NCBI GenBank assembly: GCA_000091205.1
Contig: AP006498.2
Strand: one strand, 5' to 3'
Length of the DNA stretch: 64,000 bases
Source: Cyanidioschyzon merolae
Lineage: Eukaryota
The notes under the pieces are model-generated. The model saw only the letters and a list, made by a program, of their open reading frames with translations, was not told where the DNA came from and searched no databases. Positions 10,365 through 21,883 of this stretch are shown here, in pieces. Position 1 is the stretch's first letter. Every line of letters starts with the position of its first letter. A program made the translations under genes and the position numbers.

Positions 10365-11300
10365 CCATATGTGGAGCACGCTCAAAGCATGCGTTGTTTG
10401 AGTTGTGGATCTTTCGGTTTCAAGAAAACTCGTGGGTGTGGCTAAGCGCGCAAGCGAATGGTCGACGATAAAAGCTCTCGATGTTGTCCCTTGGCGACTT
10501 GTTTACAAGCTCATGCGCAAAACTTCTCTGAACTTGTCACGTCAGGTCGTCGATAGCGTGTTTGGAAGACAAATTATTCAAACTTTGCGCCCATCCACGA
10601 ACTGTTACTCGATAACTTCATGAAACCGCTAACAGCAAATGGTCTCAAAGGTTCCTGTCTCTTCTACATGTGTGGAAGAGCGTCTTCGACTAGGGGTTTC
10701 GTCATCGCGGCGATCGCTCCCAGTGGAGCATGCGTCACCGCTTTGCAGAATGGGATCGCAGACGGATCGACATTACCCTGACTGGTTCTCCAGCGAAGAG
10801 TTTTCTTCCGATTCTTTTTCTCATCATGGACGAGATTCTTTTCTAGAGATCGTTGATTGTATCGGAGAGCATACCCGCCAACGGGATCGCAAAGAAGAAG
10901 CTCATGACATTAAGGTACGCTACAGGACCTGGATACAGACCAGAGCATTGAGTGCATCCTTCTGCAGCCGTACAGTGAATGTATCGAGCACTGGTGCAGG
11001 CTTTTTCGCGCCACAGGGTGGTCCTCGTAGGCTGCGGTGTGATGAACATATGGCAAGACTTGACCACCGTCAAGTGTCACAGCTGTGCAGCGCGCACCGA
11101 GGCTGTATTCAAAAAATATGAGAATGAGAAGCGAATCGTAGATCGCGCCTTGTTTGAGGGCATGACGTGCATCGACAACTGCCGGAAGCGACACAAACGC
11201 GACTTGGACGCTGCCATCAACATCCTGCGACAGCTGACAAACAGCTGGAGTCACATGTGAGACCAGCGTCTTGAAAGCCGGGGATCAGTGTGTGTGTGTG
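10365..11300 (+). mobile_element. TnpB/Fanzor-like element relic, copy II (head plus zinc-ribbon/RuvC-III tail; internally deleted)
   Basis: Head gcacgctcaaagcatgcgttgtttgag...ggatctttcggtttcaag. Conserved internal block gagctcatgcgcaaaacttctctgaacttgtcacgtcag. Tail ORF 10979-11260 encodes ...RVVLVGCGVMNIWQDLTTVKCHSCAARTE...MTCIDNCRKRHKRDLDAAINILRQL. That is a CxxC...Cx3C zinc ribbon immediately followed by the RuvC-III signature D-x-(N>D)-A-A-I-N-I of TnpB/Cas12/Fanzor nucleases. A (GT)n tract follows at 11284. Confidence 0.6.
10979..11260 (+). pseudogene. C-terminal fragment of a TnpB/Fanzor-like nuclease (zinc ribbon + RuvC-III motif), 93 codons
   Basis: KCHSC...CIDNC...KRDLDAAINIL compares with the TnpB consensus C-x2-C...C-x2-C...DRDxNAAxNI. 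No RuvC-I/II-bearing ORF lies upstream in frame. Confidence 0.55.
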
Positions 11301-12589
11301 TGTGAGTGTCTTTGACGTCGAAAAGCAAGCAGTGTCGAGAAAAGGCCCGAAAGGCTGGTGTTGATGACTCTCGGAAGATACGCTCACTAAAGCATGTGCG
11401 CTCAAGTTGGAGAAACTATCCCATTTTGTTCTGGCATATACATGGCAGACTGGCTGATAGTTCAGTGCCTATTTCTCAACAGCATTCCAATTGCTTGTTT
11501 CGAAAGTCATCGTGGAGCACCGAGTCCAATGGGAACGTCATGGAGTCAGCGACGTTTCCGACGTTTGCTGCTGCTCCAAGTCCATTCAAGGCATTTGTGC
11601 GTCCTGAGCACACCTCTGTAGAGCCCTCTCGTCCTTTTTCTATTCGGGTACGTGATCAACGACGTGGAAGCGAGCGAGGCAGCAATACCAAAGGCCTCGA
11701 CGGGTAACCTTGAGTTCAGGTGCCTCGAAAGCCACGTCCGCGTACGCGCTGAAGATCCCCCGAACGACGTCCTTGTCGCACCGAGTCTGGCACGAAGCGT
11801 TCGGTTTGAGTGCAGATGCCAGAAGTGCACGCGTCATACTTGGCGGCTCATGCTTATCATAGCCGACTACTCATGTTCTTGGGTGTGAAGCGTGGCATCA
11901 ATGACCGTGCGCTAACCGGATATCCGGCAGCGTTTGGTTGCCCTGCAACCCTACGACGTCCTCACAGGGCCTGCTCAGTGCCCTATGCATACTTTCTACC
12001 AGCGGGCAGCGAAAACCCAGCGCCATAGATCCGCAAAATCGAATACTGGTACGTGACGGACCCTGTCCGCCACGTGCTGTTCGTGGCTCAGGCGCAGGTT
12101 CAATCACACACAAGTCCCTGCAATATGCACCCACAGAACAAACCCCAACCGCGGACTGGTGCCTGCGTTCAAGACCGATCGCTCGCAGCCACGAGTCCCC
12201 AAACACCTACAAGCACACACCCATACCCTAACTGAGACTGATGAACCCGCCAACGAACCTGCGTTCCTCAATGCGGTGAGCCTCGCTCCGCTGCACGCAG
12301 CAAGTGCACGGGTACTGGAACGTCATCCCCAGTGCGCGCTGGCGGCTCGAGCCGCTGCTCCGTACGAAAACATCGCCCCCACTATAAAGCCAAGAAGCGT
12401 CCGCGAATCAAGCGAGGTTTCCATCCAGATCACCACTTCAAAGTCCACCTTCTGAGCGGTCTGAGTCGATGTACCAAGGCTCAACGCTAGTGGACGGCTT
12501 TTGAAAGCTCCGCAAAGACCGCCTCCGTCTGGGGCACGCGCTCGGCCGTTGCGAGCCGAGCCGGCGGGCCTGGTGTTCGTCAACGCTTC

Positions 12590-15500
12590 GTGGCTGCCAC
12601 CAGACGACTTGATCTTCCTTCACTGGGGTATTCATATCACCAACATAGGCATTTCCAAGCCTCATTTTGTTGGATGGAGGCGTGCACGCTCCTGATCTAC
12701 TATCACCGACCGGACAGCTGCTACGATGACTGGAAACTCTGGGTCTGGGAAAACGCCGGCCCAGAGGCTTCTGATGCGCTCTTGCCCCAGTTGGTGCAAC
12801 CCGCTTTCCTTAACTGGACACAGCAGGCTGCCTCTAGCCTAGAGGAACGTGGAATGCATTTCTCGCGGCAACCAGTTCCAACGGCACTGGCCGTACCCGG
12901 ATCGAAAGGAGCCGCATCGAACTGGGCTCCGAGAGGAAGCCCAGTCGATCACTGGTATGGACGCTTGTTCCGGGTGGATGTACCCCACACGTCACGACAG
13001 CAGCGCGTACTAGGTGTTCTCCCGGTAAAGGCACGCGAGCCGTACCAGGAGTTCGAGGCGAAAGACGCAGGCGGCGATCGCTTGTTGCACCTATCGAGTG
13101 CACAGGTCGGCGACCCGTCCCTACCGCGGATTTTCTATCTACACCAGGATCTGGCTGATGTCGCCGATAATCCTGCTGTGTTTGGCCTCAGCGAAGATGT
13201 CGCGCACATCTACGTGCGGCGTGTACCAAGTCAGCGGCGAACTTGTAGCCTCGGTTTGCGGTTGCGATGGACATCGGTACAGGGGAATGTTACGGAGCGC
13301 GTGGTGTCTCCGGACTGCGGCTGTTCGCCTTATGGATGCCTTGCTCCCTGGTCGGCTGCATTCGGACAGCGTTTTACGTTGCCGCGATTCCTCTTTCAGT
13401 ATTGGATGACCGCTGCCTTGAGCCTGGAACTGGTTACCGGAAACAGCACCGTGATGCTCACTGTCGGAGAAACGGAGGGCAGCGCTGGAGCCGGCCTTAC
13501 ATGGCCTTCGCCTCTGACGACGGCGAGTGAATGCCCCCGTGCGTATTTTGCCGTGGAGGATAGCCCAGGCTTGTTCACAAGCGTGGAGTCCGTAACAATG
13601 CTGGGTGAGGCGGGTACGCCCCGCTTCCTGCGGATCGGTATCCACGGTCTGGATGCCCCGTTCCCCGTAGCTATATTCGATGATGCGCTCACCAGTTTTG
13701 CAGAGATTCCAGCTGATGCCTTTCGGGACGGCTGGTCGCTCTACATCCTGGATCGCCAGGCCTATGGTCGAAGTAGAAGACTCGGTCTCGCCGTCGTTGA
13801 TCCGCTACTCGATGAACCGCTGCCAACGCCCCAGTTCTGGCTGGAACCGGAGCCTGCCATGGAATGCGCTGTAGCATTCGAGTACGCAGAGGGTTCGCTT
13901 CGACTGTCTCCGGCCTCTTTCTGGACGCTATTCAGCCAGCGACGGTCTGTCGACGAGCACCAAAGCACTCGCCCTGGCTATGCGCGAGGCGCCACCCTCG
14001 CTTGTAGAGAAAACGTTCTCCGCTCGCTCACGGACACGCTTGGGCTCTGCTCCTCAGAGGTCCATTGTTTCCGCGGCATCGAGCAGACTCACTGGGCGTT
14101 GTGCCGGTTGCCGACGTCACCGCCAATGGAGCAACTATCCGTTGGACAAGCGTCCAGCATGCTTGCTGTACTGCACTCGGAGCAGGGTGCCTCGAATAGA
14201 GGCCTCCATCTGTTTGCACCGCGTTGGGGAGCACCGTACTTCTTCCCCGCGGAGCAGAGCGTCTTCTACGTGTGGTATCGGCGCTATAGTCGGGATCACT
14301 GGCTGCAGTGGCGCCTTTGGATCCTGACCAATAACGTGCCCCGGTATTCGAGCCCTGTGATTAGCTGGGAGCACGCTACGGATCGAGCGCTTTTCGTGGC
14401 CCTGGTACCGCCTGCTATCCAAGGCACAGCGGTTGCGTTGTTGCTCTCCCGAGACGACCAGCTGCCGCCGTCGATTGCCGAGCACCTCGAAGCGTCTGTG
14501 GAAGAGGTCTTCGATCCAAGCGCCCTCAACTGGGACCTGCAACGGATCTGGTACCCGAACGCTGCGGAGCGAGAGGTTTTCCTCTTCCAGGGCAGAGAGC
14601 AGGTGTTTCACCAGGCAGACCTTGTCGATGTTGAACCGCGCTGGTTGCAGGAGCAGTATCTAGAGGTTGCATATCTCCGGCCGCGCGGTGACTACGAGGC
14701 GTGGCATCTCTGGCTCTGGGATGCTGACTTTGCCGCCTCTACTGGCAGAGAAGTAGCCTCTGCGGCGAGAGCACCCATCGACGAGCAGCATCCGCATGTT
14801 GAAGCGCTCATCTTTCGGATCGATCGTGGCTGGTTTGGACCCGCCAAGCGACTCGGTTTTCTTGCCAAGAAACGAGGTGAGCATGGGGTTTGGGCTGATC
14901 GAGATGGTCCCGATCGCTTCTGGACGCTGAGTCCGCAGACCACGCGCGTATGCTTCCTGCAGGGTCGTGAAGAGCTCGCGTTGTCCATTGAGGACTTTGT
15001 GCTCGAAGTGACGCCGTTCTTTGAAGATGATCTTCTGGAGCTGTGTTTCCCGTTTCCGCCGTGGTGGAAGCATTCGGCCTCTGTGACAGCCGCAGCCGAG
15101 CGAGACGGAAGCGCCCTCGTGACAACACCCAGGCTGGATGCTGTTGCGAGAGACGCACCCAGAGGCGATGCACCACCCGAGGAGCACTTTTTGTGGCATG
15201 GCAGGGCGCCGACGCGCGAACCGCGGGTCTATCGTCGTACAGCTCCGGGCGCTCCGAACCGAATACTTGGCGACGACGTCGACGTCAACGACGACGACGA
15301 CGACATCATTGAGGCACTCGAACTGACCCTCTATTGGCAGGCACTGCCTAACAGACCCGATGGTGGACATGGAGCGAGCGCTGTTTCGCATGAGCTGTGC
15401 GTTCGGAGTACGCACCAAGCGTCGCTGCTAGCCATAACAGCTGACGATGCTGCTGGTGTAACGTCAGCGGTGCTTAGCGCCAGCGAGTGCACTGCTTCTG

Positions 15501-18040
15501 CCATGCAGAAGAATCCTGCTGATCCCTGGCGTTCGGATACCACAACAGGACGCAGCGTCTCTGCGTCCGCCTCAGCGAGCATCGAGTCAGGAACAACACA
15601 ATACGCGCTACCTCATATTGTTCGCATGCGCTCGTGCTCGGACCCTTTGAAGCTGCAGTTTCAGCTGGATCGCACCTTGGATGAGGACTTTCCAGTCGAA
15701 GAGGTGATGGTGCACCTGAAGGGGTTCTCGCCTTCGCGCGGTGCTTGGCGGCGCTACGAAAACGTCGACGACTACTACTACAGCGGAGCTCTCGGCTGGC
15801 ACTACACCAAGAGCGCTACAACGTTTCGAGTGTTTGCTCCGACTGCCGACCTTGTGGTGCTCTGCCTCTATCGAGAACCGGTTGGAACGGTCGGTCGACA
15901 AGCGTTCCCCATGCGACGCATTCCTCAGGGTGTTTGGAAGATCGTTGTTCATGGCGACTTGCAGGGCCTCTACTACACCTACCTCGCCGAGGGCGTCAAC
16001 AAGCGGCTCTTCCCCGGAGTAGAGGTCATTGATCCGTATTCGCGTTGTAATACTGCCCACAACGGACGAGGACTCATCTTCGGTGAGGATCACACGGAGG
16101 TCGCGGATCGACCCTGTATCCCGCCCGAGCATACCATCATCTACGAGGTTCACCTGCGGGACTTTACCATAGACGAGTGCTCGGGTGTTCCGGAGAAGTT
16201 GCGCGGCAAGTATCTGGGTCTTGCTCAGCAGGGGACGCAACTCCCGGAGCACTGGGTCCGCAGTCGCATTGTATCCTCAGCAGGTCGAGCGGCGCTCTTC
16301 TTGCGAGATCGCGCGACACCAGACGCTTTCGAAGAAGACGTATGCCCGTCAACTGTTGAAGAGGACGTCTATACCGCACCGGTGCTCACGGAGGTTGCCG
16401 CCCAGGTTGACTGGACAGATCGCAGCACGTGCCTGGACCACGTGCGTTTCCTTGGCGTGAATGCACTCCAGATCATGCCAGTCCAAGACTTTGATAATGA
16501 TGAATCGAATCCGCTGGAGTATCGCTGGGGATACATGCCGGTGCACTTCTTCTCGCCCGACGGCTGGTACGCCTCGTGTACCAGCGACGCGAGCCGGGTG
16601 CGCGAACTCAAGCAGTTGATCGATACCCTGCATCGTGCTGGTCTGAAAGTGATTCTGGATATGGTTCTGAATCACACCGCGGAGGACCCGAACGAGTTCA
16701 ACCTCGAGGCGCGCTTCTCGTTCAACGGCCTCGCACCGCGCTACTACTACCGCTTCTGGCCGGACGGCTCCTGGGGCGTCTCCGAGGCCTGCTACGCCAA
16801 CGGCAGCGGTTGCGGTAATGAGTTTCGTTCCGAGTCACCGATGGGTCGCAAGTTTATCCTCGACATGCTGTGGTACTGGGCCACCGAATACAAAGTCGAC
16901 GGGTTCCGGTTCGACCTCATGGGTCTCATGGATCGAGAAACGCTGCGCATTGCTGCAGCCAAACTGCACGCGCTGGACCCGAACATTCTGGTATACGGGG
17001 AGCCCTGGAGCGCCGGGGAGACCCCCATAATCATCACTGGAAAAGGTGCGCAGCGACACTTGGGGTTTGGTGTCTTCAACGACACGTTTCGGAATGCGTT
17101 ACGCGGAAGCAACCAGGGCATCGAAGAGAATTTCCTGCTCGACGGTGGATGTATCGAAGCTGTGAAGCAGGGCATTCTCGGCAGTATCGATGATTTCGCT
17201 GCGTCGCCGCTGGAAGTCATCAATTACGTGGAATGTCATGACAATAGGACCTTGTGGGATCACCTCTGGTACGTGATTCGGGAGCGCGCAGACGCGAACA
17301 TTACCTACACTGCCGCCGATGTCTTGCGCGTCTGCAAACTCGCTGCCGTCATCCTGCTTACAAGCCAGGGTATACCGTTTCTGCATAGTGGTCAGGAGAT
17401 GGCGCGAAGCAAGTTTGGTGTAGAAAACTCGTATCAGAGCGGTGACGATATTAACCGCCTGCGATGGGAGCGCAAAATCGACTTTTACGGACTCGTCGTT
17501 TACGTGCGTGGACTCGTGCAGTTACGACGAGCTCGCCCCGATATTTTTTCCATGAGCGACGCTCAGCAAGTTCGCCGATGTATCGCATTCTACGAAGCAC
17601 TCGGTTTGCCCGTTCCCGAGCGTTGCCTCGCTTATCGGATAATAGCGGATGCTGGCCAATCCGAGACGAACGCTATCGAAGACGACCCCTGGCGGTGTGT
17701 TGCGCTGCTCTTCAATCCGACACCGGTTGCGCAGGTGTTTCCCCTGCCACCCGAGGCAAAGGATGAGCTCATGACGGTTATTGTGAACGATCTGGAGGCA
17801 CCTCGGGATGCTGGTGCGTCGCTCGGGGAGTACCACATCGGTTGGGCGTCTGTCCCCGGACGCAGTGCAATGGTGCTGCGACTCTGCACCGAATCGGAGC
17901 GGGAGCGAGCGCTTATCGAGACTCGATTGAACGCCATCAGTGAGCCGTATTCGAGTACAACAGATCTTCCTGGTCTGTATTCGTCGTATGCCACCCCAGG
18001 GGGCTCGAAGACATCTTCACCGGCGCCAGTGGCGGAGTGA
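12590..18040 (+). CDS. PUL: Pullulanase-type (limit dextrinase-like) GH13 starch debranching enzyme, 1816 aa, with two N-terminal PUD/CBM41-like repeats and a CBM48
   Basis: PUD-like motifs IYYHRPDSCYDDWKLWVWENAG and YLRPRGDYEAWHLWLWDADF. CBM48 region WRRYENVDDYYYSGALGWHY...FRVFAPTAD. GH13 catalytic regions YEVHLRDFT, GVNALQIMPVQDF, WGYMPVHFFSPDGWYAS, KVILDMVLNHTA, GFRFDLMGL (nucleophile region), YGEPWS, INYVECHDN. No obvious transit peptide. Confidence 0.88.
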   Translation: MAATRRLDLPSLGYSYHQHRHFQASFCWMEACTLLIYYHRPDSCYDDWKLWVWENAGPEASDALLPQLVQPAFLNWTQQAASSLEERGMHFSRQPVPTALAVPGSKGAASNWAPRGSPVDHWYGRLFRVDVPHTSRQQRVLGVLPVKAREPYQEFEAKDAGGDRLLHLSSAQVGDPSLPRIFYLHQDLADVADNPAVFGLSEDVAHIYVRRVPSQRRTCSLGLRLRWTSVQGNVTERVVSPDCGCSPYGCLAPWSAAFGQRFTLPRFLFQYWMTAALSLELVTGNSTVMLTVGETEGSAGAGLTWPSPLTTASECPRAYFAVEDSPGLFTSVESVTMLGEAGTPRFLRIGIHGLDAPFPVAIFDDALTSFAEIPADAFRDGWSLYILDRQAYGRSRRLGLAVVDPLLDEPLPTPQFWLEPEPAMECAVAFEYAEGSLRLSPASFWTLFSQRRSVDEHQSTRPGYARGATLACRENVLRSLTDTLGLCSSEVHCFRGIEQTHWALCRLPTSPPMEQLSVGQASSMLAVLHSEQGASNRGLHLFAPRWGAPYFFPAEQSVFYVWYRRYSRDHWLQWRLWILTNNVPRYSSPVISWEHATDRALFVALVPPAIQGTAVALLLSRDDQLPPSIAEHLEASVEEVFDPSALNWDLQRIWYPNAAEREVFLFQGREQVFHQADLVDVEPRWLQEQYLEVAYLRPRGDYEAWHLWLWDADFAASTGREVASAARAPIDEQHPHVEALIFRIDRGWFGPAKRLGFLAKKRGEHGVWADRDGPDRFWTLSPQTTRVCFLQGREELALSIEDFVLEVTPFFEDDLLELCFPFPPWWKHSASVTAAAERDGSALVTTPRLDAVARDAPRGDAPPEEHFLWHGRAPTREPRVYRRTAPGAPNRILGDDVDVNDDDDDIIEALELTLYWQALPNRPDGGHGASAVSHELCVRSTHQASLLAITADDAAGVTSAVLSASECTASAMQKNPADPWRSDTTTGRSVSASASASIESGTTQYALPHIVRMRSCSDPLKLQFQLDRTLDEDFPVEEVMVHLKGFSPSRGAWRRYENVDDYYYSGALGWHYTKSATTFRVFAPTADLVVLCLYREPVGTVGRQAFPMRRIPQGVWKIVVHGDLQGLYYTYLAEGVNKRLFPGVEVIDPYSRCNTAHNGRGLIFGEDHTEVADRPCIPPEHTIIYEVHLRDFTIDECSGVPEKLRGKYLGLAQQGTQLPEHWVRSRIVSSAGRAALFLRDRATPDAFEEDVCPSTVEEDVYTAPVLTEVAAQVDWTDRSTCLDHVRFLGVNALQIMPVQDFDNDESNPLEYRWGYMPVHFFSPDGWYASCTSDASRVRELKQLIDTLHRAGLKVILDMVLNHTAEDPNEFNLEARFSFNGLAPRYYYRFWPDGSWGVSEACYANGSGCGNEFRSESPMGRKFILDMLWYWATEYKVDGFRFDLMGLMDRETLRIAAAKLHALDPNILVYGEPWSAGETPIIITGKGAQRHLGFGVFNDTFRNALRGSNQGIEENFLLDGGCIEAVKQGILGSIDDFAASPLEVINYVECHDNRTLWDHLWYVIRERADANITYTAADVLRVCKLAAVILLTSQGIPFLHSGQEMARSKFGVENSYQSGDDINRLRWERKIDFYGLVVYVRGLVQLRRARPDIFSMSDAQQVRRCIAFYEALGLPVPERCLAYRIIADAGQSETNAIEDDPWRCVALLFNPTPVAQVFPLPPEAKDELMTVIVNDLEAPRDAGASLGEYHIGWASVPGRSAMVLRLCTESERERALIETRLNAISEPYSSTTDLPGLYSSYATPGGSKTSSPAPVAE

Positions 18041-20166
18041 GATGAGAACGAGTTGTCGGCGTTTGCGGAGCTTGCGTTTTGCGCAGGTGCGACGCGCACT
18101 TGTCGAGACGCGTCTCCACGGTCGACGCTGTGTGTGCGGGGAGTATTGCGCATGCTGGTGCGGTGACGGAGTTTCATGGCGCGTCTGGAGCGATTCTCTG
18201 GGTTATGGACCGGACATCTTGCGCGATGCGACAGATGATCATCATGATGATCGTGATAGTGGTGCATGTTCCAGGTCACCCTAAAGATTCACTAGGAAGG
18301 GCGTCGTGTCGGAGCGCGTGTCTCCGAGAACGCGTCGAACCCAGCAGAATGATACTGGGATGACGTACGCGTACACACTGAATCGCCAACGACTCCACCA
18401 CGCTCGCCAGCTACTTGCCAGAGACCATGGTGAGGCCCATGATTTCCGGGTGGAACGCGCTCCGAACGACGCGTCTTGGGCGAATGACGTCATACACTGG
18501 AGCGCTGGAAGGCTGCATGAGCAGCGGCTGCTGATCAACAGGCACGCCCATCGAATGCAGCACGAACGGTTCTTGACGTTTTCTCGCTGCCGAATAAGGT
18601 TGGTATGCTGGCGCAAACAACTTTCAGTCTGGTCTCTTTGCTATTTGGATGTCGCGGAATCCGCATATGGAAATCATGCAAACGCCAGGTACTCAGTGGA
18701 TGTCGCTGTATCCGAACTTCTAGGGTCCTCAAGGGCTCGCGCCTCTGCCCGTGCGTTTGGATGGCTTCTCGAGCAGCAACAAGTATCCCTGGGATAATAC
18801 GGACATGCCGATGCCACTCGTCGCCAATTCCCTGGCGCTTCCGACTCTTCCAGTAGACACCTGTCCACCACGTGCTCGGCAGGACTGGAGACTGAATCGA
18901 GTCGGTCTAAAGCACACAACCTCGGCGCCAGTCGACGGGTGCTTTGAGCTTCCCAGAGCGCCCGTATGGCACTGTTTCCAGAGTGCATTCCGAATTCTCA
19001 CTCGTTTCGACAACGTGACGCGGTTGCACCTCGAGTCAGGGTTGCGTGGCGGGTGCCGGCGACCCCACTATTCGCCGAACCGACAGCAGAAGCGCGAGCG
19101 CGTTGCCCGCTTTGATCCGACGCAAGTCACGAAAAGCAGAGCGGACGTGAACGGTTCCAGTCCGTGCGAGCGAGTACAAAATGCTGGTTTGGTTGCGTGC
19201 TTCCCAGCGCCCGCATGAAACCACGCCGAGTTGCTTGCGCTTGTGGTCTTCCGGTCATCAAGACCGCCTCGTTTTGCTGGAGGCTGTAGGTAAGTGCTCA
19301 TTCAAGTCTTCGCAAACGGCGGGTTCTGGCAGTGCATTGACCCCCGCGGCGGCATCGTCCGGCCAAGGCCTTGTCGTTGTTTGTGACGAGGTTCCTTATC
19401 GCACAGGACGTAGATCCGCTTACCGCGTCGAACGATACGACATGATTCACAGACGCGACGCACGGATGATCGTACCTTGAAGTAGCGCACAAACTGCCAA
19501 ACCGTTGCAAGTTGCGTATGGTTGGTTTCTCGGAATGTGCTGGTGGTCCCACTGGCGATTCCCGTGGAGGTGGCGAAGCGTCGCCAGACTGCGGGTACAC
19601 GTGAAACAACAGAGCTCCACATGCGCCCCGCTGCAAGCTTCGTTGCCCGTTCTGGGTCCGAAACGGTCACTCAGTGTCTGTCGGACAGAGAAGGTCAACA
19701 GACGAAAAGCTGTAGAACGTGTTTTGTCGCCAGAGCGGGTACTGCTCCTTGCTGGACGCGTCTCGCGTAGCACAGCGTTTCGCACGCCTTGGAGCGTCAG
19801 TGCTTGCGCGCGATCACAGGGCGCGTCCGCGGACGGAAAGATGCGCTGATGAAGGTATCACGAATCATTCTTGTTCAAGATGGTTCATAAATGTATATAA
19901 ATAGATCAACAGGGAACACTGGGATGCGAAGCACAATGCAAAGGAACATTATATACAAATATGAATCTATCTATATAAAATGATCGATTCGGGACAACAA
20001 GTCGGAAATGCTGCTCGCGCGCACCGAAACCGCACCGCGTTCGCGTGTTCGGTACAGCGTCGATGCGAGCGCTTGGTACACAGACACGCAGGAACTGGGC
20101 GTTGTTGTTCGCCGTGGGCGATTCCCTTCAAAAGCTTGATAGTTTTCGCTTGGACTTCAGTTACTA

Positions 20167-20469
20167 GTGATCAGAACGATGCAAGCGTTGAGGGCTTGCC
20201 GCGGCTTTGGACGCTGGAGCACTGGCGCCACGACAGCGCCGCAGCGCTGTCCGCGACGTTCGTTTGCTAGCCACGGTTCGGACGCGGACTACAACGAACC
20301 AACTGGCAGGCTCTTTCCTGAGTGCTATGATGAGAATGGTGTGAAGCAGAGACAAGGTTGGGAGACGGTTACATATGCTACATATGGTTTGACGTTCGTA
20401 CTTTTGGTGTTTGGGCTGAGCAACAAACCCGAGTCTAGAACGCTGCAGCGCGAGCGGAGGAAACCCTGA
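20167..20469 (+). CDS. Candidate small mitochondrial inner-membrane protein, COX7A-like (presequence + single C-terminal TM); low confidence
   Basis: MIRTMQALRACRGFGRWSTGATTAPQRCPRRSFAS is Arg-rich, with no acidic residues. Then LFPECYDENGVKQRQGWETVTYATYGLTFVLLVFGLSNK. This loosely resembles COX7A: LFQEDNG.PVHLKGG...LY.VTMTLCLGGTLYSLY. Confidence 0.25.
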   Translation: MIRTMQALRACRGFGRWSTGATTAPQRCPRRSFASHGSDADYNEPTGRLFPECYDENGVKQRQGWETVTYATYGLTFVLLVFGLSNKPESRTLQRERRKP

Positions 20470-21883
20470 GGAGCAGCGGCACTGGCTGTCACGCTGTACG
20501 AAACTCGCGGAGAAACTGTCCAGCAACCCATGTCCGACTCGAGTGGTGGTGCTGCTGTCTCTTCTGGACTTGGTGTTGTCTGGCGTGTTGTCACTGGGGC
20601 AGGCGGCTCTGCTCAAGAGCATGGTTCAAGCTATCTCGTTCCTGGTGCTGGTTCACAGGCGTCGTGGTCAGCATACCATGTCGGTAATACGTCATTGTTA
20701 TAGCAGCTGGACGACGTATGCGTCTAGCACTGAGCACCGCACAGACCGGAGTTCATCGATGACGTGCGTGAATGTGTTTGAGAGATCGTTTATCGGGGCA
20801 GACGACGAAATAGCCCCCGACACGCTGCCATACTGTGTCAGGCATTTCATCGCTCATATCCGCACACAGGTGCACGCGTCTTTGGCGACATGAACGTAGC
20901 CATACGTTCAATACCTGTTACGAACCGATGCGATCATGACCCAGTTTGGTATGCCGGGTCAGTGCGGAGGTATGTGCATTGTGTAGACACGAGACGGACA
21001 CAGGCCTTGGGAACAGTACCAGCCGACGCACCATGATGCTGGCCCTTCATTGATCGACGACGAACAAGCACAAACCATTGAGCACGGTGCGTTCCTTCGG
21101 CTCTGGAAGCTATGGGCATCTGAGGGCAAACGAGGGGCCTGCAACGAGTCTACCCTGCGCATCGTTCACCTTGAAACCTAGGCTCCGGCATCCAAGAGTC
21201 GCGCACCTACGATACGCAGGCGTTCAACGTCGCCGCATGAGCGCGTCGCGTTTGCCGCTTCATCGACCAACGTGCCGCCGACGTCATAGGATCGATGTGC
21301 CGGCAGCGGGCAGTTTCCACGCATCTATCGCGTCTACCGGGAGGCTACAAAAAAAAGCCACCCGCCAATGTTGCTGCTGCGCATGCTGCCTGCGGTTTAT
21401 TCACAGGCAACAGATCCGTTTATCCCATGCGTCTTCGAATACCTCCGAATGTGTGGGCATCACGTCCAACGCACCGACCCTACACGATAAAGCATGCCGC
21501 TGCCCAGAAGTCGTCACTCTTTGCCTGATGGAGGTTGCACGAATCCATGCAGGGATCTTAGAACACTCGACGTGCATCATCATCCAGATATGCGAACCCT
21601 AGTACGTTTCATCAGCTCAAAGCTCCACCGAGCATTACCCCAGCGTTCCCTGCAAAGGTCTCTCTTCGCTCAAAAATGAGCCCCTGCGTGCCGTGCCTGC
21701 CTCAACCGCTTACCACAGCACTGAGCACACCGGTGCAGACGCAGCACGCAGACAGAACGTCTTCACAGAACCAGTGAACGTACCAGCTCGACGACACCCG
21801 CTGCCCTATGGCGTGCCGCAGGTTCCCCGTTCGTCTCTTTTGCAGCGTTCTTGACGCCTCTGCGAGCACCCCTCGAGTTGCGC

